Counted from the stretch's first letter, positions 49,969 to 61,146 are shown. The stretch: DNA of 64,000 nt from Nitrosopumilus sp. (GCA_965214775.1 OZ243974.1:512001-576000); one strand, 5' to 3'. Made by a program: numbers and translations. Notes: a model not told the origin generated them from the letters alone.

Positions 49969-51309
49969 TCAGGTCTGTGGGTTGGGATCCGTGACTCTTC
50001 CCATGAACAGGATGGCGCCGCTCTCATCGTCCTGTATTATGAATACAAACGGATGGTGTGCTAGGAATTGTGGCGGTCCCGAGCCACTCTCGGCGAACAA
50101 CTCTATGGTAGTCACGGCGGCAGCCTCTGTCCCCTCCTCGTTTACACTGACGTACGCGTCATGAAGTGCCTTGTGCACATACAGGTTTGCGCCAGGATGC
50201 AAACCGCCCGGCGGCACCCCCAGGATTCCCAGCAGATCTGCTGCTTTTTCATGAAAAGCATCAATCATGCCAAGGTCGATCAGATAAGGATTTAGTTCAT
50301 ACTTGGTTTTCACCTCAAACTTTGGCATCGACACGATCACATCCGTCTCTGCCATGGCCTGCTGCCATTCCTGTATCAGCTCTACCGAAAGCGTCTTCTG
50401 CAGTTGATCTATGCCGTCCCTCTCGTAGGGCAGTATGATCATCATCGAGAGCCGGTCTCCCTTGTAGGGCATCCTCAGCACCTGCGCCCCGCCGGTGCCG
50501 TCGTCGTCGGGGACGGCGTGATAGCCGAACATGCCCGTAACGCCCATAAAGTCGGCATCGACGCTACCTGTGCCGTCCTTCCAGAACTTGCCCTGCATCG
50601 TATTCTCCACGGGAAACTGCGTGACCCACGCGCCCTTGAAGTATATCGCGTTGTTGATCACCATGGCCGTGGCTGCATTGACATCTTTCTTTGTTATCAC
50701 CTCGTCGATCTTGCCGTTGGTGTTATCGGAGGCCCATTCGTTTATCCTGTCTACGGCGTCCTCGGCGTCCCCTCTAAAGTCGACGACCTCGGCCCCTGCA
50801 AGATAGATGCCGCGCGCTATGCCCAGGTAGGACTCGTGCGGCTTGAACCAGTCCGCTATCCACAGCGCGTTTGCCGTGACAAGCGTGGCATGCGGGTCGT
50901 CGCGGTTGAGCGATGCAATAGCGTGCGCCGTGGCGTTGTGGCGCGCCGCCGCATCCGGCTCAAAGCCAAAGACGTCCTGCATCTGCGCCGCGGTGTCCCC
51001 CCTTGCCCCCTCGTACAGGATGGAAAAGGCCACGTACATGCTGGCAGGCGAGAAGAAGATGTTCTCGTCACCGTCTGATGATATCTGCTTGTAAAAGTCT
51101 ACGGCAAAGGCGTTGTTTGATGCGGCCATGTCCTCCTGGATTATCGGCAACCCGACTGTCGGTACGGCTACTGCGGCACCGCCGTCCTGCAAGGGCGCAT
51201 GCACCTTCGTGCCGTCGTTCGTGTCCAGGCCGTACAGAGCCATGCCAGCTATTGCGGCGGCTACCACGACAGATGCCGCCGCGACTGCGGCAATCAGCGC
51301 CGTTTTCAC
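49969..51309 (-). CDS. Serpin (serine protease inhibitor) with N-terminal signal/anchor
   Basis: NIFFSP, NAIYFKGAW, MPKF, hinge VNEEGTEAAA and HPFVFII...ILFMGRVTDP. Confidence 0.95.
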   Translation of the reverse strand: MKTALIAAVAAASVVVAAAIAGMALYGLDTNDGTKVHAPLQDGGAAVAVPTVGLPIIQEDMAASNNAFAVDFYKQISSDGDENIFFSPASMYVAFSILYEGARGDTAAQMQDVFGFEPDAAARHNATAHAIASLNRDDPHATLVTANALWIADWFKPHESYLGIARGIYLAGAEVVDFRGDAEDAVDRINEWASDNTNGKIDEVITKKDVNAATAMVINNAIYFKGAWVTQFPVENTMQGKFWKDGTGSVDADFMGVTGMFGYHAVPDDDGTGGAQVLRMPYKGDRLSMMIILPYERDGIDQLQKTLSVELIQEWQQAMAETDVIVSMPKFEVKTKYELNPYLIDLGMIDAFHEKAADLLGILGVPPGGLHPGANLYVHKALHDAYVSVNEEGTEAAAVTTIELFAESGSGPPQFLAHHPFVFIIQDDESGAILFMGRVTDPNPQT

Positions 51310-54300
51310 GGCACGATCACCGCGTACGGCTCCCTGCCATAGTTGCCATGTACATCGGAGACCTCGACCCAGACGGCGTACGTTCCGGCCGTGACGCCGG
51401 CCGTGTTGACGGTCATGGTGGCCGTGCCATTGAGGCGATCCGTTATAGATACGGCGCCTTGCGGCAGCAGGGTGTCCGGAATGGCTCTGATCGTGATGGT
51501 GTCGCCCTCCGGATCGGTGGCGCTGATACCCAGTGAGATCTGCTGTTGTGCAAGACGTATCGGCCCGCCCGTGACCGTGCCGTTGTATGTCAGGACGAAT
51601 TCCGGCTCGTCGTTGTCTTGCGCCCCTGCGTCTTCTGGCTGATCCCGGCCGGATGTCCCATCCTCATCCCCAGAGGCTGCTGCAGAGTAGACCGGGCCCA
51701 CGGTAACTCCTCGAGGGTCGTCCATGCGGTTGCCGGATACAAAGACCGAGGCGGTGCCGGAGGATATGCTTATGACGTTGTCGTCGTCCTTGTTTGCCAC
51801 GTACAGCACGCCGGCATCGTCCATGTCCATGCCGTACGGCTCGTCTATCAGCGATGTGATGGTGGCGAGTGATGATCCGTCTGTCGGGTTGATCTCGTTT
51901 ACGCGCCCGGCGTCATCGCCGCCCTGGTACAGGCTGGATCCGTTGCCGCTCATGGCGCCGCCGCACTCCAGTCCTGCGGCCCTGTACGTGTTGGGCGGGG
52001 ACGAGGAGGTGCCGGATATCGCGCCCTGGTACGTGCCGTCAGAGGCCCTGTAGTAGAGTATCTTGCCAAGCGACCTGTCTGCTGCATACATCCGGCCGTC
52101 TGCGCAAAAGACTATATCGTACGGGGACAGCAGCGCAGTGGCGCCCGAGCTTGCCGGATTGCGCGACGCGTCGCCAAAGTAGCCCAGCGACGAACCGGAC
52201 GACGAGAACCTCTCCACTCCCATGCTCGTGGCCACGTACAGCGTGTTGCCGTTCCACGTGAGGCCGTACGGGTATCCGGTAGTGGATGCCCATCCCGCGC
52301 TTGATCCGCTGATCGGGGCGCCCGTGGCGCCATTGTACTTGCGTATCTTGCTGTAGGTGTTGTCCGATATATACAGGTGGCCGTCCGGGCCAAAGGCCAC
52401 GTCCCACGCCTTGCCCAGGCCCCCAGCCCTGTCCTCCACAAAGTCGCCGAGATACGTCCCGCTCTCCGAGAAGACCAGGACCTCGCGGTCGTCCGTGTCT
52501 GCGACGTATATTGAATGGCCCGATGTGGGGGGGGACGACGAGCCCGAGTCGCTTATGGATATGTTGTCTATCATTGCTATCTCAGAGGAGCTGGAGCTGC
52601 GCGCAGTTATGCGCACCTGCATCTCGGAGACCAGATGTCCGGAGGACAGATCATAGGATTCGGTGTGCCACGTGCTGTCATCATCCCCGGAGGATGCCTG
52701 CCAGTCAAACGCGGTGGTCCATGCGGAGCCGTCGTGCAGCTCCACCCGGAGGTATTCGCCGCCGTCAAGCGCCGAGGATACGAACCTGTCAAGCGTCAGG
52801 TGTCCTGTTTGCCGCGACGACAGGTCTGCCGGAGATAGCGTGATGGTGCAGAGCGTGTCGCAGTTGCTGGAATATGCCACGGTGTTGCCCGTCTGGCTGC
52901 CGGGCAGCGGGGTGGTCGGCGAGCGTGTGATCCAGTCCGAGTCGCCACCCTGGGTCCAGCCGTCCAGTCCTGACTCAAAGTCCTCTGATATCGTGACGGG
53001 GCGCGGCGGGGGCTGGACCGTCGAGCCGCCCGATGATGCGCTTATGGCTATGTCGTCAAGCTGCACGTCCTCGCTTGAGGAGCTCTGCTGCGTGACCAGC
53101 CTGATCTTAAAGTCGTCTGCATCAAGGTATGACGCAAGGTCGTATGATTCCTGGTGCCACGTGCTGTCGTCGCCCCCGAGGTTGTGCGACCAGTGGTATA
53201 TGGTGTTCCACGCCGAGCCGTCGTATGCCTCCACCTTGAGGTACTCGTCACGGTCAAGCCCGCTGTCTACGAACCGCCAGAACGAGAGCGTCGCAGAGGA
53301 GTATCCCGTGAGGTCTATCGAGTCCCTGAGGGTGAGCGTGCACATGATGTCGCAGTTATCGGAATGGAGGACGAGGTTGGATGCGGACTGTCCGGGGCGT
53401 GTCGGAACCGACTGCGACTGGGATGTCGACGTCCTCCAGTCGCCATCGCCGGTCTCGATCCAGTTGGCTGTAAGCGAGGATGACTCGAAGCTGTCCGAAA
53501 ACACGATGACGGGCGTCTGCGTCGTGGGCGGCGGTTGGGGGGTAGTCGTGCTGTCGGGACGGTATGTCATGCTGAGCGTCCACTCGTTGAGGGTTCCCAC
53601 GTCGGCCCCGCTATAGTCGCCCACAGACAGGGTCCACCTGCCTGTGATCTGAGATCCTGCCAGTCCGCCCAGATCGGTGTTTGATGCTGACGTATATGTC
53701 TCGGCCAGGTCGTGCGTGCTGCCCCCGCTGCGGTCGTGAAGCGTGATTGCGGTACCTCCAGGAGGCGTGAGGACGACCTTCAGGTCGCCTATGTAGGTGT
53801 GCTCTATGTCTACATATACGGACAGGGACGACAGTGTTCCGCTTGCAGAAACGGTGTGGGTGCTAGACGTGTCCTGGCTGTCCGTATCATCAGGTATTGC
53901 GGCACCTGACAGTATGGTGACATCTGATGTCAGCTGTGCCGGACATGTACCTGACGAGGCGCCTTGGGCGCCGGATGCGGAGCAGGAGTTTGGAACGTAT
54001 CCGACGAACATGCGGACATCTTCAATGACAGGGGATGCGCTGGTTGCCTGGTGTACCACCGCCTCGTCTATGCCGTCGGCAGACAGCGTGGCCGATCGAA
54101 TCGTGATCGGCGAGGACAGTTCCATCATTCTAGTGCCGCTTGCAGGTACTGCTACGGTGTATGTGCCTCCATCCGAGGCAGTGATCGTCAGATCCGCCCC
54201 CTCCATGTTCACGGATCCCACGTGCAGTGCAGATACCGAATAGCTCGGGCCGGGAAACGCCTTGGAATGGCCGGTATGGGCAAAGCCAGAGTCTACAAGC

Positions 54301-56624
54301 AGGGTGTCCCAGTCCCGTATGTCAGACGAACTGGGTGAGACGTCAGTAGAGCCCGGCGGGGGCGACTCGGCGTTAATCGTTATGGTCGCAGGAGTGCCAG
54401 TCGCAAGACCGTCCTGAGGCGTCACGGCAAACGTGTCTGTCGTACGGAACGTGGAATCGGGCGTATAAAGCATCCGCGATATCGTGTTTGTGATAAACTC
54501 ATCAGTAGTAACGGTACCGTGATCCGGATCATCAGAGACGCTAAACGACAGGGGGTCGCCGTCCCGATCCGCCCCGTGCAGGCGTATTATTGCAGGATCC
54601 GTCATGTCCGGGTCTATTATGACCGTTCTGGGCTGGGCCGTCGGGGCCGCATTCGTAAACGGCGCAGGCAGCGGAGAGAGTGAATGGGTGCTTGCAATGG
54701 CATAGTTTTGAACAGGCTTGTTTATGGAGTCAAGGCCGGAGCCTGTGACCGTTATCGTGTAGTTGCCCACGGAGGTGGAAAACACCGCAAACTCGTTTGT
54801 CTGGTGTGCGGATTCTGCCCGTATCGTGCTTTCGTCAGGGGCAGTCACCACAAAGTCCAGATTCGCCGCGCCGACTGCCTGGCTGCGGCTTGCCTGGTCG
54901 GTTATGGAGCCGTGCGGGTGTGCCATCCACGTAAGTATGACCTTGGCCGGGTCTGAGGCGTCGGTGACCTCAAAGGAGTACTGCCTGCTGGTCGTCTGCC
55001 CGTCAAGATGGCCGCCCATCACGTGGTTGTGGGAGGGGGTTCTCTGTGAAACATACTTCAACGACTGGCTTGTGTCCAGTATGCCAAAACCCACGTTGTT
55101 TAAGAGTGCGACCGATGCGGCTTCGGTGGCCTCATCGGTACCGGTTGGCTGCCTTGCGTGGGAACAGTTGTCAGATGGGCTGCTCCGCTCGTACTGGGAC
55201 GAGGTGCATGGAACGGGCCCCTGCCAGTCCGCCCCCAGAAGAAGGGCCGCCTTTATCTCCACTGGAGTGAGGTCTGGCTTTAGCTGCAGCATCATGGCGG
55301 CCGTGGCGCTTACCTGCGGGGCGGCATAGCTTGTACCGTTATCATGATAATAAGTGGAATTGGATATGAAGCTAAGCAAATTTATATTTGTTGCCGGTGC
55401 CGCTATCTCCGGCTTTAGGATGACGGTTCCGCCCGCAGGCCCGCGACTTGAATCTCTGTACATTGTGGTTGTGTTGGGATCACGATCATCTATGCCGCCT
55501 ACTGTAATTATGTTGCTTCCGCAGCCGGGGTTGGTTATTGATTCATAGGCAGTACGGTTCGATGATGATCCTTCATTTCCTGCCGACTTTACTGCAACCA
55601 TTCCCTTGTCTACTGCCTCGTCTGTTATTAGATCGTATGTCGTACGATTGTCAAGTACATCACAAACAGCATTATGATTTGAAGACGGAAGTCCACCACT
55701 TATGTTTATTACATCCGCGCCGTTTCGGAGGGCATGATCCAATCCATGAGCCAAACCTGCCGCACTTCTTCCAATTTTAATGTCCAAAAGTTCCACGCCG
55801 GGGGCGATTCCGTTGTGCTCTGGCAGTCCGGACGCGGCAAGAACCTGCGCCACTCGTGTTCCGTGGGACGTAGTGCTGTGATATGGCGATTCAGTGCCAA
55901 CCGCATGTCCAGCAGTACTCTGACGGCATCCCGTATTGTCACACGCAGCATGCTCAAGTATTCTTTCGCCAAAAGCGGTACCGTGATTGATGCCGGTATC
56001 GAGTACCCCCACCACTATGCCAGAGCCGTTGATACTCCTCCCAACGGCGGTGCGCACGTCGTCGGGAGTCGCCCGTATGGTCTGACGCGCAGTATCCACC
56101 TCCGAAACCACCGGAAGCTCCCCGTCTCCGAGTCGGTACGCCTCGTCATGTAGCGAGAATCCAGGAATGTCCGCTACAGGAATAGACGCGGTTACAAAGG
56201 AGAGCGAACCGGCAGGCGTGATGTCGCGCGCGCCTGCAGTCGTGAGCCTCTTTACAATCGCGTCCTTGTTCTCCTTTGCAGTCTCGTCTGGATCCCTTGC
56301 ATCCCCGTCATCCCTGCTGACTACGATTATCACGTTGTAGTATCTCGTGCCGTCGTATACGCCGGGATCGCCGGGCTGCGGTTCCTCCGTTATTAGGTTC
56401 CGGATCTTGTCATAAAAGCCGTCATCGAACTTGTGTTGGTGGACATCGACGTTTGCAACCGGCCCAGGCGCCGCGGCATTTCCGGGCAGGATGTCGCCGG
56501 GTATGCTGCCGGAATGCTCCGAGCCCGCATTGTCTTGCGCGGTCTGCGACATGGAGACTGCCGGAGGAACAAGGAGAGCCGCCGAGAATAATGCCAAGAG
56601 AAGAATCGCCGTTCTAATAATCAC
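51306..56624 (-). CDS. Multidomain secreted S8 subtilase (P-domain, duplicated beta-sandwich domains, NHL-like propeller, cadherin-like domains)
   Basis: Triad VLDTGI / HGTRVA / GTSYAAP; HTYIGDL...G.W.L.V.D P-domain; twice EYL.VE..DGSAW...DDSTWH.ESYDL. Confidence 0.92.
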   Translation of the reverse strand: MIIRTAILLLALFSAALLVPPAVSMSQTAQDNAGSEHSGSIPGDILPGNAAAPGPVANVDVHQHKFDDGFYDKIRNLITEEPQPGDPGVYDGTRYYNVIIVVSRDDGDARDPDETAKENKDAIVKRLTTAGARDITPAGSLSFVTASIPVADIPGFSLHDEAYRLGDGELPVVSEVDTARQTIRATPDDVRTAVGRSINGSGIVVGVLDTGINHGTAFGERILEHAACDNTGCRQSTAGHAVGTESPYHSTTSHGTRVAQVLAASGLPEHNGIAPGVELLDIKIGRSAAGLAHGLDHALRNGADVINISGGLPSSNHNAVCDVLDNRTTYDLITDEAVDKGMVAVKSAGNEGSSSNRTAYESITNPGCGSNIITVGGIDDRDPNTTTMYRDSSRGPAGGTVILKPEIAAPATNINLLSFISNSTYYHDNGTSYAAPQVSATAAMMLQLKPDLTPVEIKAALLLGADWQGPVPCTSSQYERSSPSDNCSHARQPTGTDEATEAASVALLNNVGFGILDTSQSLKYVSQRTPSHNHVMGGHLDGQTTSRQYSFEVTDASDPAKVILTWMAHPHGSITDQASRSQAVGAANLDFVVTAPDESTIRAESAHQTNEFAVFSTSVGNYTITVTGSGLDSINKPVQNYAIASTHSLSPLPAPFTNAAPTAQPRTVIIDPDMTDPAIIRLHGADRDGDPLSFSVSDDPDHGTVTTDEFITNTISRMLYTPDSTFRTTDTFAVTPQDGLATGTPATITINAESPPPGSTDVSPSSSDIRDWDTLLVDSGFAHTGHSKAFPGPSYSVSALHVGSVNMEGADLTITASDGGTYTVAVPASGTRMMELSSPITIRSATLSADGIDEAVVHQATSASPVIEDVRMFVGYVPNSCSASGAQGASSGTCPAQLTSDVTILSGAAIPDDTDSQDTSSTHTVSASGTLSSLSVYVDIEHTYIGDLKVVLTPPGGTAITLHDRSGGSTHDLAETYTSASNTDLGGLAGSQITGRWTLSVGDYSGADVGTLNEWTLSMTYRPDSTTTPQPPPTTQTPVIVFSDSFESSSLTANWIETGDGDWRTSTSQSQSVPTRPGQSASNLVLHSDNCDIMCTLTLRDSIDLTGYSSATLSFWRFVDSGLDRDEYLKVEAYDGSAWNTIYHWSHNLGGDDSTWHQESYDLASYLDADDFKIRLVTQQSSSSEDVQLDDIAISASSGGSTVQPPPRPVTISEDFESGLDGWTQGGDSDWITRSPTTPLPGSQTGNTVAYSSNCDTLCTITLSPADLSSRQTGHLTLDRFVSSALDGGEYLRVELHDGSAWTTAFDWQASSGDDDSTWHTESYDLSSGHLVSEMQVRITARSSSSSEIAMIDNISISDSGSSSPPTSGHSIYVADTDDREVLVFSESGTYLGDFVEDRAGGLGKAWDVAFGPDGHLYISDNTYSKIRKYNGATGAPISGSSAGWASTTGYPYGLTWNGNTLYVATSMGVERFSSSGSSLGYFGDASRNPASSGATALLSPYDIVFCADGRMYAADRSLGKILYYRASDGTYQGAISGTSSSPPNTYRAAGLECGGAMSGNGSSLYQGGDDAGRVNEINPTDGSSLATITSLIDEPYGMDMDDAGVLYVANKDDDNVISISSGTASVFVSGNRMDDPRGVTVGPVYSAAASGDEDGTSGRDQPEDAGAQDNDEPEFVLTYNGTVTGGPIRLAQQQISLGISATDPEGDTITIRAIPDTLLPQGAVSITDRLNGTATMTVNTAGVTAGTYAVWVEVSDVHGNYGREPYAVIVP

Positions 56625-56684
56625 AATATCCTAGTGGGAACTTTAATTCATTTAATACTTACGATCCGGGTTGGCGATTTGTAT

Positions 56685-56812
56685 TAGACTTTATGCGTAA
56701 TCGGTTCAGATCCAGGATTATTACGAACAAATTCATCTCATTCAGGCCAATTACACATAAAGTCTATTACAAACAAATTCATCTCATTCAGGCCAATTAC
56801 ACATAAAGTCTA
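56685..56812. mobile_element. MITE family C with a tandem duplication of its 3' 46 bp
   Basis: Full copy 56685-56766 followed by a repeat of its right part to 56812. Confidence 0.8.
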
Positions 56813-57177
56813 ATCTTAGAAAGCGAATTGAAATGGTCACGATTGAAAATGAGGGTGATTCCATCAAGGTGACTCACACTAGGTGGATTCAAAAACACAC
56901 ATGTAGAGAGATTAATGATCTTCTAAGGCTTCATGAGTTAGCTGATTGCCCAACGAAAAGGTTAGTTGTTGGATGAAATTACTTTCATGAAAATACTAAA
57001 TATTTTTATTAAATTTTATTTTGAATTAATTCATGAATGATCCTCATCATTGTAGATGTTTCTTCATTACAGAAATTGATGACTTTAAAGATATTCTTTT
57101 AGATTTTAATTTTAAAGATGAATTTCAGGAAAATCATGGTCAGCTATATGGTTACGTGTTACGAGTAAGTGACAAAC

Positions 57178-58278
57178 TATAGTGAAGAGCATAAGTCCTT
57201 CAAACCGGGGACTTGGTTCCGAGGTACTCCATGATGTCATGCTTGAAGCTGGCAGTCCTCAGGTATTCAGACAGCGTCTTTCTCATCTCCTCGAATGTCG
57301 CATAGTACTCGGAGACGAGGACGTCCCGCTTTGCCTGGTGCCAGAACTCCTCAATGCCGCTGAGCCTCGGGGTGGCAACCGGCAGATACCTGACCATCAA
57401 GGTGTCTCTGTTGTCTGCCACGAACTTTTTTACATCCCGGGTCTTGTGCGCAGACGCGCCGTCCATTATTACCAGGACCTTTCCAAAGTGACTGCGGAGC
57501 TCCTTGAGATACCTGAGGAATGTCGGGCCGTCAAACTTGTCGTACGTCCGGAAGAAGCGGCGTCCGTCCGTGGCGATTGCGCCGTAGGCCACGGTCCTGC
57601 GGCGGTTCCCCCTGTATGTAACCGTGATCGGCGTTCCTACTGCAGACCAGTACTTGCGCCCGACGATCGGGGCGTCTACGAAGATCGACTCGTCCTGGAT
57701 TACGGTGGTAAAACCCTCCCTTTCCAGGCGTGAAATCTGCCTTTTTGCGTTGCGCTGCCACCTGCGTATGGTCTCCTCGTCTGCCTTGCTCCTGTGCACA
57801 AGCTCCGGCGTCTTGGGCGACATGTCCTGCTCCCTCATCAGCCTCCTAGCAGAGGACGGGTGGTACTGCACGCCGATCCTGTCGCGTATTTCGACGGCCA
57901 GAATCCTGGGTGTGATCACGCCGTCGTGAGCATCACCGATGATCTCGGAGATGAGTTCAGGCTTTACCTTGGGCGGCCTTCCGCTGCGGGAGTGATCCCG
58001 GAGGGCATCAATGCCCACCTCCTCAAAGCGGCTGACCCACTGCCGTATGCAGTTGGGGGTACGCATGAGACGCTTTGCCGTGCTGCTTATGTCCTCGCCA
58101 AGCACGCAGACTGCGTTGACTGCCGCTATCCTGAGTACTGCCTCGGGATCCTTTTCCTTCTTGGATGCCGCTCTGAGATCCTCTGCTAGTGTAGTAGCCA
58201 TGCAATATATGATACATGGCGATCAAAATATGTTGCTGTCGATTTTTTTGACCTCAAAGACTTTTAATCGTCACTATA
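57178..58278 (-). mobile_element. IS630-family insertion sequence (transposase 57200-58201)
   Basis: RSGRPP, QDES, MDGASAH and PRLSGIEEFW motifs; TIRs TATAGTGA.GA..A.AAGTC. Confidence 0.92.
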
Positions 58279-58364
58279 GATCTGGACCGATTACGCATAA
58301 GGTCTTATAGCTAAATGTTTAAAGTTTCTGTTAAAATCGAACCCAAAATTCAAGTGTTAGATAA

Positions 58365-58446
58365 TAGACCTTATGCGTAATCGACCTGAATGAGATGAAC
58401 TTGTTCGTAATAATCCTAGATCTGAACCGATTACGCATAAGGTCTA
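58365..58446. mobile_element. MITE family C, opposite orientation (half copy also at 58277-58307)
   Basis: TAGACCTTATGCGTAATCG...CGATTACGCATAAGGTCTA. Confidence 0.85.
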
Positions 58447-58450
58447 CTGC

Positions 58451-58765
58451 ATGGCACATGCATTTGCAAAGAACAGAGTCCCAGAAAAACCACCACACTC
58501 CGGCAGCGGCTCCATGCCTGCATCTGCATTCAAACGCGACATGAGAGATTTCATGAAGGTGCTGGCTGTAGCGCATGATAATAAATTAGACGTAGTGGCA
58601 GATCCTAAACGCGTAGTAGAGATCGGGGAAGATTATGCGTTTGCAGGTTTTAAGGAGGTGTATGACAGGATAAAAAACAGAAAGAGCGACGTTACACCAG
58701 AGCAGATCCTAGAACAAATGCTCAAAGAGATTGCAGACATGTTCGATGAAACACCTCCAAATTAA
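58451..58765 (+). CDS. Hypothetical protein
   Basis: 104-aa ORF; start uncertain. Confidence 0.45.
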   Translation: MAHAFAKNRVPEKPPHSGSGSMPASAFKRDMRDFMKVLAVAHDNKLDVVADPKRVVEIGEDYAFAGFKEVYDRIKNRKSDVTPEQILEQMLKEIADMFDETPPN

Positions 58766-58914
58766 GACTGTGTGATTCTCGTCGCCGACATGAAGCCTGC
58801 CGCCAGGCTAGGTTTTCGTCTTGTCCCGCGTTTTAAGCGATATATCTTTTCGCGTATTTGCCAAAAAATGACGTAAAAACTGCACTCAGTACCCATAAGA
58901 TAAACAAAGTCTTG

Positions 58915-61146
58915 CTAGGTCATATCTTGTATGTATTCATAGTCTAACTGATCAAAATCTATCTCGAATAACGTTGTAACATCCCTGATTCTATCTATTG
59001 CCTGCTCCTTGTTTTTAGATATCAATGCGAACTCTTTATGCCTGAGAAGCTCCTTTGCAAACAGCTTTCTCTGTGACAAGCTAAATTCTGAATCTGCTCC
59101 GGCGATGGGTGGCGTGACTAGTATATCATAGATGCGCGCGTGTGTTTTTCCCTCCCTCTCATCCTTACGCAACAACCGCCCCCTTCGTTGTATGAATTGT
59201 TTGGGATTGCCGGAGCTTGCCATGAATATGCCTACGGTTGCAGATGGGATATCCACACCCTCGTCTAGACACTTTACAGCGGTGACACAGGCAAAATGGC
59301 CTATGTTCATCAGTTCCAGTATGTGCTTTCTGTCCCTAGTCTTGTCCTCCCAGGTTATAGAATCACTTTCTATGCCTCGCCTAGTCAGGATTTTTTTCAC
59401 CCTCTCAAGCTGTTTTGGGGCATTTTCTGGACTCGCAGTTGACGGATTGTTGGTGCAGTAAACAAGGGTTTTGCTTAGCCTGTTACTTAGCTCGTCGAGA
59501 ATCTCCTCGAATTTTTTATCTTTGTTTTCGGCATTTGCAATCAAGTTTGAGCGTGCAATGTATGGATCAGATTCACCAGGCCTTGGAACATATGTAGCCT
59601 GCTGCTTTCTGCTTTCAATTTGCGCTATTTTGGCACTTAGTCTCCGGTATTCTTCCATTTCGTCCTGGGACAGTTGTACATAATATGGAATGTAGTCATA
59701 TGTTGATAACACCTTCAAAGTGTGGATTGCGTCATTGAGATCTAGCGAGTATACAATTCCATGAAAATAATCATCTAGGATGTTTGTTCCCTCCTCATCC
59801 ATATGTCTGACAGGCGTTGCGCTAAGGCCAAGCCTAAAATCAAACTCCTCTGGCAACATTCTCTCTGAGGATTTTTTGGTAACATTGTGAACCTCGTCTA
59901 TTATCAAAAATTTTTTTACGTCCTTGGCATCAAGAATCATATTCATCAGGGATGGTTTTTGGAGCGTATCATGAGTTGTGAATATGACCACATGATTCGT
60001 TCTGTATTTCTGATGTCCTAGCGGCTTGGTTGTGAGATAATCCATCACTCTGTTGAACTCTGGCTTCCAGGCATAGTCGCTATGACACGTAACCGGGGAT
60101 TTTAGGACTATTCTCTGGGTATCGGACACACCGTCATTCCATTTTTTTACCTCGTCATTCCACTGTTGCACTAGGTGCTTTTGCGGGGCGGCAATTACAG
60201 TTATTGTCCTTTCATGTGTCTTCTGAATTATGTTTACGCATCCAAATGCTGTAAACGTCTTGCCGGTACCGGTGGCCATCTCTAGCAGTCCCCTGTGATT
60301 GTTTTCCACCCATTTTGTAATGGCATCCTCCTGGTGTGCTCGTAACTTGATTGCAGCTTGTGGCTGTATGTCCTGTACCGTGTCCTGCCTTCTCTCTTTG
60401 AGGATCCTCTTCACGCGCTCAACTGTTTCCCTTAGCTCCTGATCGGATTTTGGACGTATCTCAAGCAGGTGCTCTTTTACGGCCTTTGGAAGATCCACTA
60501 TGCATATCCCTTCCTCGTTGTCATTCCACAAGTCATTGAATATTCTCTGATTGTCGATAATTCCCTGCTTGACTGTGTTGTCCCCTCCCCAGCTCTTAAA
60601 GACCGAAAAGCTTTCAATGTTGTTATGCCATCCCATTCCTGTCTCGTTGACGGACCCTACAAACGCTATTCTCTCCTCATCACTGTATCTCATGATGCCG
60701 ATCTTTTGGTGGTATAGCGCACGATGCTGGGTCGGAACTGCGATCTTGATCTCTAGTTGGAGGGCATCGTCAATTTTGTTGGCAAGCATATACGCCATGA
60801 TCTTGTAAAATTCTGCCCTTGTGCAGTCCGGGTCACTTTTGAGATCCTCTAGGAATATGGTGGATAGGATTTTCTCTCGCTCGTTGACACTCTGCTCAAA
60901 TATTTCCTTATCTGTTGCCGAAAGCTCCTTGCTTGTGATTAGCTGTATTTTGCCTCCAGATGATATAAAATCTAAAATTTCTTCAGCGATGTTTGCAAAC
61001 GTGGACGATGAGAAATATCCGGACAATCGCTGGTATAATTTGCAGTCTACAAACGCCGGCTTGTAAAAGTCATTGATCAAATCATCCTTTGTAGAGTTCC
61101 AGGTAAGCTTTGGATCAAACTTTCTCTCCGTAGTCATACCCCTCAT
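58915..61146 (-). CDS. PLD-like domain plus SF2 (ResIII/XPB-like) helicase
   Basis: YHQKIG...FVGSVNET; MATGTGKT, DEVH, LSATP, LDEGVDIP and QRRGR motifs. Confidence 0.85.
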   Translation of the reverse strand: MRGMTTERKFDPKLTWNSTKDDLINDFYKPAFVDCKLYQRLSGYFSSSTFANIAEEILDFISSGGKIQLITSKELSATDKEIFEQSVNEREKILSTIFLEDLKSDPDCTRAEFYKIMAYMLANKIDDALQLEIKIAVPTQHRALYHQKIGIMRYSDEERIAFVGSVNETGMGWHNNIESFSVFKSWGGDNTVKQGIIDNQRIFNDLWNDNEEGICIVDLPKAVKEHLLEIRPKSDQELRETVERVKRILKERRQDTVQDIQPQAAIKLRAHQEDAITKWVENNHRGLLEMATGTGKTFTAFGCVNIIQKTHERTITVIAAPQKHLVQQWNDEVKKWNDGVSDTQRIVLKSPVTCHSDYAWKPEFNRVMDYLTTKPLGHQKYRTNHVVIFTTHDTLQKPSLMNMILDAKDVKKFLIIDEVHNVTKKSSERMLPEEFDFRLGLSATPVRHMDEEGTNILDDYFHGIVYSLDLNDAIHTLKVLSTYDYIPYYVQLSQDEMEEYRRLSAKIAQIESRKQQATYVPRPGESDPYIARSNLIANAENKDKKFEEILDELSNRLSKTLVYCTNNPSTASPENAPKQLERVKKILTRRGIESDSITWEDKTRDRKHILELMNIGHFACVTAVKCLDEGVDIPSATVGIFMASSGNPKQFIQRRGRLLRKDEREGKTHARIYDILVTPPIAGADSEFSLSQRKLFAKELLRHKEFALISKNKEQAIDRIRDVTTLFEIDFDQLDYEYIQDMT

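Noticed and set aside
50000-56640. Many long plus-strand ORFs opposite the subtilase and serpin
   Set aside because: Antisense shadows expected in GC-rich coding DNA.
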